Shown: in pieces, positions 20,815-30,092 of the stretch
Layout of the letters: each line of letters opens with the position of its first letter
Numbering within the stretch: position 1 is the stretch's first letter
Source: Armatimonadota bacterium
GTDB taxonomy: Bacteria > Armatimonadota > UBA5829 > DTLH01
NCBI GenBank assembly: GCA_039679675.1
Contig: JBDKUN010000033.1
Span: 64,001 to 128,000, forward strand
Direction of reading: 5' to 3'
Length of the DNA stretch: 64,000 bases
Position numbers and translations under genes: made by a program
The notes under the pieces: model-generated
What the model saw: only the letters and a program-made list of their open reading frames with translations
Database searches by the model: none
What the model was told of the DNA's origin: nothing

Positions 20815-21975
20815 ATGAGTAACAAAGTTCGCATAGGAATCATCGGCGTAGGAGGCATGGGGAGCGGACATGCCGAGTATATCAAAAATGGCAAGATCAA
20901 AGGCTGTGAGCTTACAGCCGTGTGCGATATCGTGCCTGAAAAGCTCAAGAGATTCTCAGCACTAAAAACATATACGGACAGCCGGGAAATCATCCGCTCC
21001 GGCGAAGTTGACGCGGTTATTATAGCTACCCCGCACTACTTTCACACAACAATTGGAATAGATGCGCTGGAGCAGGGGCTCCATGTTCTTGTCGAGAAGC
21101 CGATTTCCGTCCATAAGGCTGATTGCGAGCGTCTTATTGCCGCCCATAAGAATAAAGACCAGGTCTTCTCAGCAATGTTCAACCAGAGGACTGACCCGCA
21201 CTATCAGAAGCTGAAGGCTATGATCGAAAACGGGGAACTGGGGGAGATTACCCGCGTAAACTGGGTCATTACGGACTGGTTCCGGCCGGAAGCTTATTAT
21301 GCAAGCGGCGGTTGGAGAGCTACCTGGAAAGGTGAGGGCGGCGGTGTGCTGACAAATCAGTGTCCGCATCAACTCGACCTGATGCAGTGGCTTTTTGGAA
21401 TGCCGAGCAAGGTACGGGCGTTCTGTAAGTTCGGTGCGAAGCACAACATAGAAGTCGAGGACCAGGTAACTGCGTATCTCGAGTATCCGAACGGAGCGAC
21501 CGGTATTTTTATAACGACTACAGGCGAGGCTCCCGGCGTTAACAGGCTGGAAGTCTGCGGCGAGAGAGGCAGAGTCACTATCGAGGGAGGGAATATACGT
21601 TTCGTAAGAAACGAGGTTCCGACAACCGAGTTCAGCAAGACAACAGATCAGGTGTTTGCGACTCCGCCGGTCTGGTGGGTTGAAATCCCTGTGTCGGGAC
21701 ATGGCGAGCAGCATCCCGCTATTACGCAGAATTTCGTAAATGCGATTCTTCATGGAACGCCGCTTCTGGCTCCTGCTGAGGAAGGTATCAAGTCCGTCGA
21801 ACTGGCAAATGCTATGCTCTACTCGACGCTTACGAACTCCACGGTCGAGATGCCGCTGGATGGAGCCGCTTACGAGAAAGAGCTCAAGAAACTTATAGAG
21901 AACTCTACATTTGAGAAGAAAGCCGTTGATGACAGCAAGGTATTGGACCTTTCGGGGTCAGTCAAGCAATCATAA
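20815..21975 (+). CDS. Gfo/Idh/MocA oxidoreductase
   Basis: GIIGVGGMG, ATPHYFH, EKP, GGGVL..QCPHQLD. Confidence 0.93.
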   Translation: MSNKVRIGIIGVGGMGSGHAEYIKNGKIKGCELTAVCDIVPEKLKRFSALKTYTDSREIIRSGEVDAVIIATPHYFHTTIGIDALEQGLHVLVEKPISVHKADCERLIAAHKNKDQVFSAMFNQRTDPHYQKLKAMIENGELGEITRVNWVITDWFRPEAYYASGGWRATWKGEGGGVLTNQCPHQLDLMQWLFGMPSKVRAFCKFGAKHNIEVEDQVTAYLEYPNGATGIFITTTGEAPGVNRLEVCGERGRVTIEGGNIRFVRNEVPTTEFSKTTDQVFATPPVWWVEIPVSGHGEQHPAITQNFVNAILHGTPLLAPAEEGIKSVELANAMLYSTLTNSTVEMPLDGAAYEKELKKLIENSTFEKKAVDDSKVLDLSGSVKQS

Positions 21976-21987
21976 ATAACCTGTAAT

Positions 21988-22121
21988 CGTGCTTCTCCCC
22001 ATGAACCCATTGGACCACGGGGAGAAGCACGATTTTGCACTAATTTGATAAACTTTCCTGGATGCTGAGTCAAGCTCAGCATGACGTATGCTTCGGGACC
22101 GCAGTTCGTCCCGAAGTACGA
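21988..22121. repeat. Composite palindromic cluster (families F, A half-site, C)
   Basis: CGTGCTTCTCCCC..GGGGAGAAGCACG hairpin; GGATGCTGAGTCAAGCTCAGCATGACG; TATGCTTCGGGACCGCAGTTCGTCCCGAAG. Confidence 0.75.
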
Positions 22122-22208
22122 GTCTCCAATAATCCCCTAGATATCAAGCCCTTTTTGAACTCCAATCTCCTGGGTAGACTTTTCATTGTTAATTCAGGAG
22201 GATGTGCT

Positions 22209-23414
22209 ATGCCCGATAAATCATATAAATACATCATTGTCGGCGGTGGTTTGGCGGGTGCATCGGCTGTCGAGGGGATCAGGGAACGGGACAAAGGAGG
22301 CTCGATCCTGCTCTTCGGAAGCGAAAAGCATCTGCCGTATGACCGCCCTCCATTGACCAAGAAACTGTGGTTCGGACAGAAAAAGGTAGAAGAAATCTTC
22401 GTCCACGACAGCGATTTCTACAAGGCCAACAACGTCGATCTTGCCTTTGATGTGGATGTCGTCGGGGTGGATGCCTCAGGAAAAAACGTCACGGACAGCA
22501 GAGGCGACACGTATCCGTTCGATAAGCTTCTTTTAGCGACAGGCGGTGTTCCGAGAACGCTTGATATTCCCGGCGGGGATCTGGATGGGATTTATTACTA
22601 CCGTTATCTCGACGATTACCTCCGGCTAAGAGGAGAAGCAATCGAAGAGGCGCGGGCTGTCGTCATAGGCGGCGGGTTTATCGGCTCAGAGATAGCAGCA
22701 GCGCTCAACATCAATGAAGTAGAAGTAACGATGATATACCCTGAAGCCTATATCGTGCAAAGGGTCTTTCCTGAAGGTCTGGGACGGGCGATACAGGACG
22801 AATACATCGATCGGGGAGTAAATATCTACTCCAGTGATGTTCCTGTGACGATAGAAAAGCAGCGGAGTGTGTTTCTGACTCGCACTAAGGCTGGTGCTCT
22901 GATCGAGTCGGATATGGTGATCATCGGTGCGGGGATAATCCCGTCTATCGAGCTGGCAGAGATGGCGGGACTTACCATCCAAAACGGGATTACGGTGAAC
23001 GACCGCCTTCAGACATCCAATACCGACATATATGCCGCTGGAGATAACGCATATTTCCCATATGCGGCTCTCGGAGAGATGATGGGAGTCGAGCACTGGG
23101 ACAACGCGATCAACCAGGGTAAGCAGGCGGGGCTAAACATGGCCGGAGCAGACGAGCCTTATACCTATATGCCTTATTTCTTCTCTGACCTGTTCGATTT
23201 CGGCTACGAGGCAGTAGGGGACATTAACTCAAAGCTCGAAACACACGCGGACTGGCAGAAAGAATACGACACAGGGACCATCTACTACCTAAAAGACGGC
23301 AAAGTCAGAGGCATGATGATGTGCAATGTGTGGGAAAGAGTGGAAGACGCTAGAAGTATCATCAGAAATGGCAGGCAGATCCTTCCCGAAGATTTGAGAG
23401 GTGCAATCACATAG
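22209..23414 (+). CDS. FAD/NAD(P)-dependent oxidoreductase (ferredoxin reductase-like)
   Basis: GGGLAG, PYDRPPL, LLATG, GGGFIGSE, IYAAGD, EHW; AGGAGG SD before ATG 22209. Confidence 0.9.
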   Translation: MPDKSYKYIIVGGGLAGASAVEGIRERDKGGSILLFGSEKHLPYDRPPLTKKLWFGQKKVEEIFVHDSDFYKANNVDLAFDVDVVGVDASGKNVTDSRGDTYPFDKLLLATGGVPRTLDIPGGDLDGIYYYRYLDDYLRLRGEAIEEARAVVIGGGFIGSEIAAALNINEVEVTMIYPEAYIVQRVFPEGLGRAIQDEYIDRGVNIYSSDVPVTIEKQRSVFLTRTKAGALIESDMVIIGAGIIPSIELAEMAGLTIQNGITVNDRLQTSNTDIYAAGDNAYFPYAALGEMMGVEHWDNAINQGKQAGLNMAGADEPYTYMPYFFSDLFDFGYEAVGDINSKLETHADWQKEYDTGTIYYLKDGKVRGMMMCNVWERVEDARSIIRNGRQILPEDLRGAIT

Positions 23415-23426
23415 AAGGAGGCTGAT

Positions 23427-23747
23427 ATGAGACTTTCCGAGGAGAAAACGATTCCATCCAGAGCAGGGGCTTCGCCAATGCATTCGGAGGATGCTGAAGA
23501 CCTGGCCATGCAGGTGCCTGAATGGATAATGGAGGACAATAAAATCGTTCGAGAGTTCAAACTGAAGGACTTCAAGAGTGCCATCGATTTTGTTAATGAT
23601 GTAGCTGATATTGCGGAGACCGAGGACCACCACCCGGACATTTGCATCAGCTACAATAAGGTAAAATTGGAGCTTTCGACACATAAAATCGGCGGACTTT
23701 CCCGAAATGACTTTATTTTAGCGGCGAAAATAGATAAGCTATTGTAG
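23427..23747 (+). CDS. Pterin-4a-carbinolamine dehydratase
   Basis: EDHHPD..THKIGGLSRNDFILAAKID. Confidence 0.93.
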   Translation: MRLSEEKTIPSRAGASPMHSEDAEDLAMQVPEWIMEDNKIVREFKLKDFKSAIDFVNDVADIAETEDHHPDICISYNKVKLELSTHKIGGLSRNDFILAAKIDKLL

Positions 23748-23786
23748 GTAACAGCCATAAACCTAAAGACTGCAAAAGGAGATTGA

Positions 23787-24533
23787 ATGGGAAGAAGATT
23801 GCTTAGGGGGAAAACTGCACTTATTACCGGAGCAGCCAAGAGAATCGGCCGGGCGACAGCACTCGCGCTTGCGGACGAGGGAGTGAATATTGTAATTCAC
23901 TACAACAGCTCCAGCGCTGATGCGGAAGAGCTCATGACAGAGCTTGCCGAGCACGGCGTCAACAGTTGGACGATGAAGGCTGACTTTAGCAATCCGGATG
24001 AATACGAGTCACTTCTTACCCGTGCGCTCGATACTGCGGGCCCCATAGATATTCTGATCAACAATGCGTCCATCTTCCCAATGGAAAAACTCGATTCGAT
24101 AACCTTCGATAACTTTGTTTCCAACATGCAGATCAATGCCTGGGTTCCATTTGTGCTCGGCAGGGCTTTTGCCAAGCACATGAGGCATGGGATGATAATA
24201 AACCTCTTGGACAGCCGGATAAGCGGCTACGACTGGGCGCATGCAGGTTATATCTGGAGCAAGCACGTTCTTGCCGTGATGACCCGCATGATGGCGCTAG
24301 AATTCGCCCCGGAAATCGCCGTCAACGCTGTGGCCCCTGGGCTTATCCTACCTCCGCCTGGACAGGATGAAAGCTACCTTGACCGGCTGGTTAATACAGT
24401 CCCGCTCAAACGGCACGGCTCTGCCGAAGATGTCGCCGATGCGGTCGTATACCTCGCCGGGACGGATTTTCTGACCGGTGAAGTGGTCTATGTAGACGGC
24501 GGCAGGCATCTGAAAGAGTACACAAATGGATAG
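23787..24533 (+). CDS. Pteridine reductase-like SDR (FolM/PTR1 type)
   Basis: TGAAKRIG, IHYNSS, NNASIF, YxxSK, VAPGLIL. Confidence 0.88.
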   Translation: MGRRLLRGKTALITGAAKRIGRATALALADEGVNIVIHYNSSSADAEELMTELAEHGVNSWTMKADFSNPDEYESLLTRALDTAGPIDILINNASIFPMEKLDSITFDNFVSNMQINAWVPFVLGRAFAKHMRHGMIINLLDSRISGYDWAHAGYIWSKHVLAVMTRMMALEFAPEIAVNAVAPGLILPPPGQDESYLDRLVNTVPLKRHGSAEDVADAVVYLAGTDFLTGEVVYVDGGRHLKEYTNG

Positions 24534-24882
24534 GGTATTCATAGACGATATCCTCGCCCGGTGCATCATAGGGGTTCGTGATTATGAGCGAAAAGAGCCG
24601 CAGGAGATTCTCATAAGTGTTTCGCTTTCTGTAGACCTGAGCAAACCGGGGAAGAGCGACGACTTCGAAGATACAGTAGACTACAGCCTGCTCAAAGACT
24701 GCATACTTGAGATGGCTGAATCATCACGTTTTTACCTGATAGAAGCCCTCGCCGAGCGTACTGCCGAAATCTGCCTTGAAAATCCGATGGTGAAGGAAGC
24801 AACTGTGACTGTCAAAAAGCCATCAGCCCTCCGCTTTGTTCGTACCGTAGGCGTAGAGATTACGAGAAAAGGGGACAGATGA
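24526..24882 (+). CDS. folB: Dihydroneopterin aldolase
   Basis: IGVRDYERKEPQ, SDDFEDTVDY, LIEALAE, KPSA. Confidence 0.92.
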   Translation: MDRVFIDDILARCIIGVRDYERKEPQEILISVSLSVDLSKPGKSDDFEDTVDYSLLKDCILEMAESSRFYLIEALAERTAEICLENPMVKEATVTVKKPSALRFVRTVGVEITRKGDR

Positions 24883-24979
24883 CAGGGAACAGAATTTCCT
24901 ATATGCTTCTATTCTGCGGGAATTGATTCTGTGTAAATCAATGGATTATACAGACCTGCCATTCCCGCAGAATAAAATA

Positions 24980-25113
24980 CCCCTCATCCCAACCTTCTCC
25001 CGCAAGGGGAGAAGGAGTTTACCTTATGCTTCGGGACCGCTTTTCGTCCCGAAGCACGACATCCACTATTTCCTTTCGCGTTTTTCGTGCTCCTTCGCGT
25101 CATTCGCGATTCA
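24980..25113. repeat. Composite palindromic cluster
   Basis: CCCCTCATCCCAACCTTCTCCC..GGGAGAAGG; family C hairpin at 25025-25062; TTCGCG-type unit. Confidence 0.7.
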
Positions 25114-25197
25114 AAGTCCCCCGGCAAAAGTGTAACCACTCTTCGTAAATGGGTATCTGCTGAACTGTACAGATAATTTTGATGGAGGTTGCCACTT

Positions 25198-25620
25198 ATG
25201 CCTGAATTCGTGTCTCCTTTCAAAGGACTAGTAGAACGCGAGATGTCTCATACCGAGCTTGTTCGTGCAATCATGCTCGATATTGCAGCAGAGCTTGAGG
25301 CCGTACATATTTATATGGCGCACATGGAAGCTACTAATAACGAAGATGCGCGGAAGGTCCTGTATGATATAGCACTGGAAGAATTGGTACACGTCGGGGA
25401 GTTCACAAGCCTCCTCTACCGCCTCGATCCAGTTTCTGCGGCGAAGGCAAAAGAAGGGTTTGACGAAGTTGCAGAGCTTCTTGGTTCAAAAGCGCCGGGT
25501 GAACCGGCTGGGGTAGGGGATGTTACAGAATCAGGTGATGGAGCTAAGCAAGATACATCAGCGCCGACTGGGTTTACCGTCGGAAGTCTCATAGGCCGCG
25601 AGCAGCAAAAGCAGCCGTAA
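25198..25620 (+). CDS. Ferritin-like protein with C-terminal encapsulin cargo-loading peptide
   Basis: ELEAVHIY..IALEELVHVGE di-iron motif; G/P/A/T-rich linker then GFTVGSLIG. Confidence 0.8.
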   Translation: MPEFVSPFKGLVEREMSHTELVRAIMLDIAAELEAVHIYMAHMEATNNEDARKVLYDIALEELVHVGEFTSLLYRLDPVSAAKAKEGFDEVAELLGSKAPGEPAGVGDVTESGDGAKQDTSAPTGFTVGSLIGREQQKQP

Positions 25621-25879
25621 CGGGAAAACCACCTGCGACGGAAAAAACAGAATAGTTGATATTATTTCTGCTTAATAGTTAGCCAAATATATAGCTGCAT
25701 AAATGTATTAAAATGACAAATATGCCATACATGGCGATCTATAACGTTAACAATTAGCCCTAAAACTAACAGATTAATGGTTGTGGCTATACTATAGATG
25801 ATATATTATATTATTAAGGTTGATGGCCACAATATCTGTTAAGAATTGGAACCAATAGTGTTATAAGGGGCTAGACACA

Positions 25880-26971
25880 ATGGGCAGAGTAACGATTCGT
25901 AAAATAATAGAGAAGGTTCATGTTGATAATCCTGATGCGCTAGAAATGGTTGATGTTGAATTCATTCGCTTATTTAACGAGTGTGCGCGTAATGAATTCA
26001 GTGTTTCTGAGCCAGAATCGAAATGGCAATTCTGGAGTATAGAACGAGCAAGAAAGGCAATAAAGGCGGAAAAACTAGGTGGATTGAAAGAAAGAGACAA
26101 AAGACGGTTTCTTTTGTTGCTAGACCAGTATCGTAAGGCTGCAGAATCAATCTATCAAATGCCCACTATATTTAGTATTTCTACAAGTCACTTGCAGGAT
26201 ATATGGGAAGCGGTCAACAAAGAAAGAAATAATGAAATAGAAACAACAAAGAAGATGATTAAAGAGGCAGAATCGATAGATCATACAGCAAAGGAAGGTA
26301 AAATCTTTTCAGCAAAGGAGCTAAAAACTCTGGAAGATGTAATAAAGCGTGCACGCATTATTCTGAAGAAAACTACAGATGCTGCAGAAAAAGCTATACC
26401 AGCACAACAAGCCATGAAAGAAAACATACTATCGACATCAGAACATGTTTATCCTTCTGCATTCGTTTATTTGATCGCGATTCTCGATAGCTTTATTGCT
26501 GATACATTAAGGTTCATATATACAATGCATCCACATCAGATGCAAACCAAGTTTACTCAACACACAAGGAAGGAAAATGCTGAGTTAAAACGAGTGGATT
26601 ACCAAACGATATTTCAGAGTGGTTCCTACTCAGCATTGATCAACCACATAGTGGAACAAGAGGTCGGATTGGTAACAAACAGAAATATTACATTGCAATT
26701 TACTGCAATGGAAAATTGCGGTATTGACTTATCCAAAATCGATAAGCTTGATGCGGTAGAAATCACTGCCACTCGCAACATATACGTACACAATGCAGGG
26801 AAAGTTAATGAAATATACCTTGATACGACGAAAGAATATTGGTCTGCGCTCAAAAAACGGACACCATTCAAGATTGGGCAGGTTCGACCAATTGACAAAG
26901 ATTACTTTGAGCATGTGGGACCATTAATTGAAGGCGTGTTAATAGCTGTTAAGGAATTTATAACACCTTAA
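25880..26971 (+). CDS. AT-rich hypothetical protein with HEPN-like RxxxxH motif
   Basis: TRNIYVHNAG near C-terminus; visibly lower GC than neighbours. Confidence 0.6.
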   Translation: MGRVTIRKIIEKVHVDNPDALEMVDVEFIRLFNECARNEFSVSEPESKWQFWSIERARKAIKAEKLGGLKERDKRRFLLLLDQYRKAAESIYQMPTIFSISTSHLQDIWEAVNKERNNEIETTKKMIKEAESIDHTAKEGKIFSAKELKTLEDVIKRARIILKKTTDAAEKAIPAQQAMKENILSTSEHVYPSAFVYLIAILDSFIADTLRFIYTMHPHQMQTKFTQHTRKENAELKRVDYQTIFQSGSYSALINHIVEQEVGLVTNRNITLQFTAMENCGIDLSKIDKLDAVEITATRNIYVHNAGKVNEIYLDTTKEYWSALKKRTPFKIGQVRPIDKDYFEHVGPLIEGVLIAVKEFITP

Positions 26972-26983
26972 TTAGATCAGTAT

Positions 26984-27760
26984 TTATCTATGTGGTTTGC
27001 ACGCAAGAAGTGCTGCTCCAAGAGCGCCGGTCATCTGTGGGTTCGGCGCTGTTGAAACGGGATGCCCCAGGACCCGTTCCAGAGCTTTGTCCATTCCGGG
27101 GACGAGTGCGACTCCGCCGGTGAAAACTACAGGGGGAATAACTGATTTTCCTGCCATCGAGGTGATTCTGGTCGCTATGGAGTTCTGGACACCAGCAACT
27201 ATGTCTTCAGGTGCTGTGCCGGATGCCAGAAGCCCGATGATCTCCGTTTCCGCGAATACTATACACATGCTGCTGATCGCTGCGGGGGTTATACTCTTCG
27301 ATGCAAGCTCTCCGAGTTCAGCCAGTTCCACGCTCAAACGGTCTGCGACGACTTCGAGAAAGCGCCCTGTGCCTGCGGCGCATCTGTCATTCATCATGAA
27401 GTCCTGTACGGAGCCGCCGGGGCCGAGCTTCAGGAGTTTGCTGTCCTGTCCGCCTATTTCTACGACTGTACGAGCAGAGGGAACAAGGTGATGCACACCG
27501 CGGGCGTGGCAGGTGATCTCTGTTATAGTCGTATCGGCGATGCTGATGGTGTTTCGCCCGTAGCCGGTCGCTACGATCTTTTGGACATCCTCGGAGTTGT
27601 GGCTGCTGTCCTTTAGAAGATGCTCGTAAAGCTCCATTGCCAGATCATTGCTCTTTACACCCTGTCCAACCGTTCCTGATGCGATGACTTCGTGCGTCTC
27701 GGTATCCACCAGGACTATTTTTATTGCTCTTGATCCGGCATCTATTCCAACCCCGATCAT
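26984..27760 (-). CDS. ATP-dependent activase (HgdC/BcrAD/DCCP-R, ASKHA family)
   Basis: GIDAGS, ATGYGR, EITCHARG, IGGQDSK, MNDRCAAGTGRFLE, SSMCIVFAE. Confidence 0.95.
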   Translation of the reverse strand: MIGVGIDAGSRAIKIVLVDTETHEVIASGTVGQGVKSNDLAMELYEHLLKDSSHNSEDVQKIVATGYGRNTISIADTTITEITCHARGVHHLVPSARTVVEIGGQDSKLLKLGPGGSVQDFMMNDRCAAGTGRFLEVVADRLSVELAELGELASKSITPAAISSMCIVFAETEIIGLLASGTAPEDIVAGVQNSIATRITSMAGKSVIPPVVFTGGVALVPGMDKALERVLGHPVSTAPNPQMTGALGAALLACKPHR

Positions 27761-29127
27761 TACTTCCTCCACTCTCTTGCGGTTTCTATCAGTGCTTCAA
27801 TTCTGGTCATTATCATCGGCTGCATCGAATCAGTAAGCGGCGGCACTTCTATTTCCACCACCGGCAGATTCAGCTTGGCCTTAATGATCCTGCCTATTAT
27901 CGCGCCTTCTGTGGCGCAGTGGCTTGCTCCCGGTATCTTTGAAATTAGGACTGCCTCCGATCCGAAATCTTCGATGTCATTACATATACGCTCTGCCCGG
28001 TCATGAGAACTCCCGACCATCGGGTCAGCAAGCGCCATTCTTGCGAGTGCTTCCATCGGATGCAGGTCTTCAGGTATTTCATCCAACGCATGCGCGAAAA
28101 GGTAGTCGGCCCCGCATATCCGCCCGCCGCAGTCTTCCAACAAATTCATTGCACGCAAATCTGCGACAGGGTTCACCCAGAATATACGGACAGAGTCCTC
28201 CGGCAGTATCCCAATACCTGAGTTTATGCGATTTTGCACTTCAGTGAGCAAATCCTGAAGCACCGCGGCGGTCTCTTCCCTGTCGGAGCAGAAATGGATA
28301 GCGAGCATCTCGGCTATCTGCATCTCAAGCGCGGGCATCGGGCATATCTTCGCGGTAAAAACAGCTTTTCGAAGCTCAGAAAGAGTCTTCCGCACTTTAT
28401 TTGCGGCGCGAATCCCGGCCCTCAGCATATCATCCGTCAGTTTATATCCTGAAAGCTGTTCTAACGCAGTCTTGACCTGCTCAAGCTCGGACTTTACGAA
28501 CGCTACCTGCTCGGATGATGCATAAAACCCGCCCGGAAGCCGGATTGCATCTTCATTTGGGCCTGGTTTATGTCTCGCGGGCATTTCCCACCAGTTGATC
28601 GGATATCCAAGCCCCTCAAGACGCTGCGCAATGGACGAAAAATCATCGCAGGTCGCTCCGACGCTGCATGTGAGCATATCGGGAATCGGAAAATGCGCTT
28701 CGGTGACGAATGCTCCGAGCATCGCGCGCACCGGGCAGAATGATTCATCCAGCCCGTATGATGCGGCAAGATTTAGCAGCCCCTCGCTCATTTCCATGAT
28801 GCATGGAGTCCACCAGGCGCCGTCCGGGTAAAATGCTACCACATTCGGGAGCGAATACGCCATCACCGGGACCGTGCCAAGGTCTTTCATAGTCCCGACA
28901 AGCTTCTTACCTTTGGCTCGGGCCTCCCGCAGCCGGTCTTCTTCGGTCAAAAGGAAGTTCCAGAGCCTGAGCGCTGCTGCGGAATCATCATACCGGAGCT
29001 TGAGCAGCCTGAGGTCTCCATCATCAACGTGTCTTCGGAGCGGGCCGCCGTACCAGGGCTCGTTCAGACCTGCTTCTTTCAACTCGGCATAGCGCCTGTC
29101 CCAGTCACTCAAGGTAATTCCGCTCAT
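27760..29127 (-). CDS. 2-hydroxyacyl-CoA dehydratase / double-cubane family protein
   Basis: FCPVRA, ATCDD, SHCATE, IEV..TRIEALIE. Confidence 0.85.
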   Translation of the reverse strand: MSGITLSDWDRRYAELKEAGLNEPWYGGPLRRHVDDGDLRLLKLRYDDSAAALRLWNFLLTEEDRLREARAKGKKLVGTMKDLGTVPVMAYSLPNVVAFYPDGAWWTPCIMEMSEGLLNLAASYGLDESFCPVRAMLGAFVTEAHFPIPDMLTCSVGATCDDFSSIAQRLEGLGYPINWWEMPARHKPGPNEDAIRLPGGFYASSEQVAFVKSELEQVKTALEQLSGYKLTDDMLRAGIRAANKVRKTLSELRKAVFTAKICPMPALEMQIAEMLAIHFCSDREETAAVLQDLLTEVQNRINSGIGILPEDSVRIFWVNPVADLRAMNLLEDCGGRICGADYLFAHALDEIPEDLHPMEALARMALADPMVGSSHDRAERICNDIEDFGSEAVLISKIPGASHCATEGAIIGRIIKAKLNLPVVEIEVPPLTDSMQPMIMTRIEALIETAREWRK

Positions 29128-30089
29128 TTGATCGACTCCATAAAGGCCTGGATTCTCGATGATGTGCGTATATCAACAATCCCATCGTCATTCGCGTCAA
29201 TCTGGATAAACGGCAGGCCGGACCATTCCTTCAAACGATACGCCTCTGCGTTCCAGTTGTCGCACCAGAGATAACGGCGGAGGATTATGCCTCGCACCCC
29301 GCGTTCTGCAAGTTTCAGTTTGAGCCACTTGAACAGCTCGCTGTTCGGCCTCCTGAATGCGTCTGGAATAGTATTAAAATATGAATCAGCCAGCGCCGCC
29401 ATTGGGTTTTCGTTAAGCAGCCTTCTATCAAACGGCGCTGGAAGTGTCCGCTCACCCGTTTCGGTGGCGTCCAGCGCTACATATCCACCGGCCTTCTCGA
29501 TAAAATCGTATAAGCTGTATTGATTAGCTGGAACAGGCCCGCCGACAAGTGCAACCGGGATGCCGGACGGCACATGCCTCATAGCTGGAACCGCCTGATC
29601 AAAATCTCCAGTTCTATTGAAATCAGCTAAACGAAGAGCCCATTCCCTCGGCGAAAGGCTTCCCTGAAGGTCACGGAGTACGGCTCTCTTATTGTCATAT
29701 TCGAACATCATCTGTTTGAGCAAATCAGGGGTGGGGGTGCTGCCTCCAAGCGCAATCAGAAAATCTCCCAGCCGCTTCAACTCAGAAGCATACAGCTTTT
29801 GCGATTCCACTGTCTGCCAGGTATGCGGTAAGTGCATCAAAAACGCCGGTAGATCAGTGTTTTCAGTGATGATGTCATAAATCCGCCTCATCTGGTCGCA
29901 GGCGGTTGTTACTATGACCCCGGCAGCGGTTTTCTCCTCGATGGAAGCACCTGCAAATGAACAGGCGTAAGGGCACACTCCCGGCCCCAGATTAAGGCTC
30001 GATCTGTCCGGCGATATTCTCGACGGCGATAACCCATATGCCGCAATCCACTCAGCCGGGACGAACGGACAACTGTAGATGATCTTCAA
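29124..30089 (-). CDS. 2-hydroxyacyl-CoA dehydratase family subunit
   Basis: YSCPFVPAEWIAA, VCPYA, TACDQMRR, WCDNW, SRIQAFME. Confidence 0.85.
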   Translation of the reverse strand: MKIIYSCPFVPAEWIAAYGLSPSRISPDRSSLNLGPGVCPYACSFAGASIEEKTAAGVIVTTACDQMRRIYDIITENTDLPAFLMHLPHTWQTVESQKLYASELKRLGDFLIALGGSTPTPDLLKQMMFEYDNKRAVLRDLQGSLSPREWALRLADFNRTGDFDQAVPAMRHVPSGIPVALVGGPVPANQYSLYDFIEKAGGYVALDATETGERTLPAPFDRRLLNENPMAALADSYFNTIPDAFRRPNSELFKWLKLKLAERGVRGIILRRYLWCDNWNAEAYRLKEWSGLPFIQIDANDDGIVDIRTSSRIQAFMESIK

Positions 30090-30092
30090 GCT

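Noticed and set aside
13714..29127. Other TGA stops as Sec codons (tldD copy 2, small dinB partner, folB, 29124)
   Set aside because: The proteins are complete at the stop, most are ATGA/TGATG coupling overlaps, and there is no Cys-redox context or hairpin.
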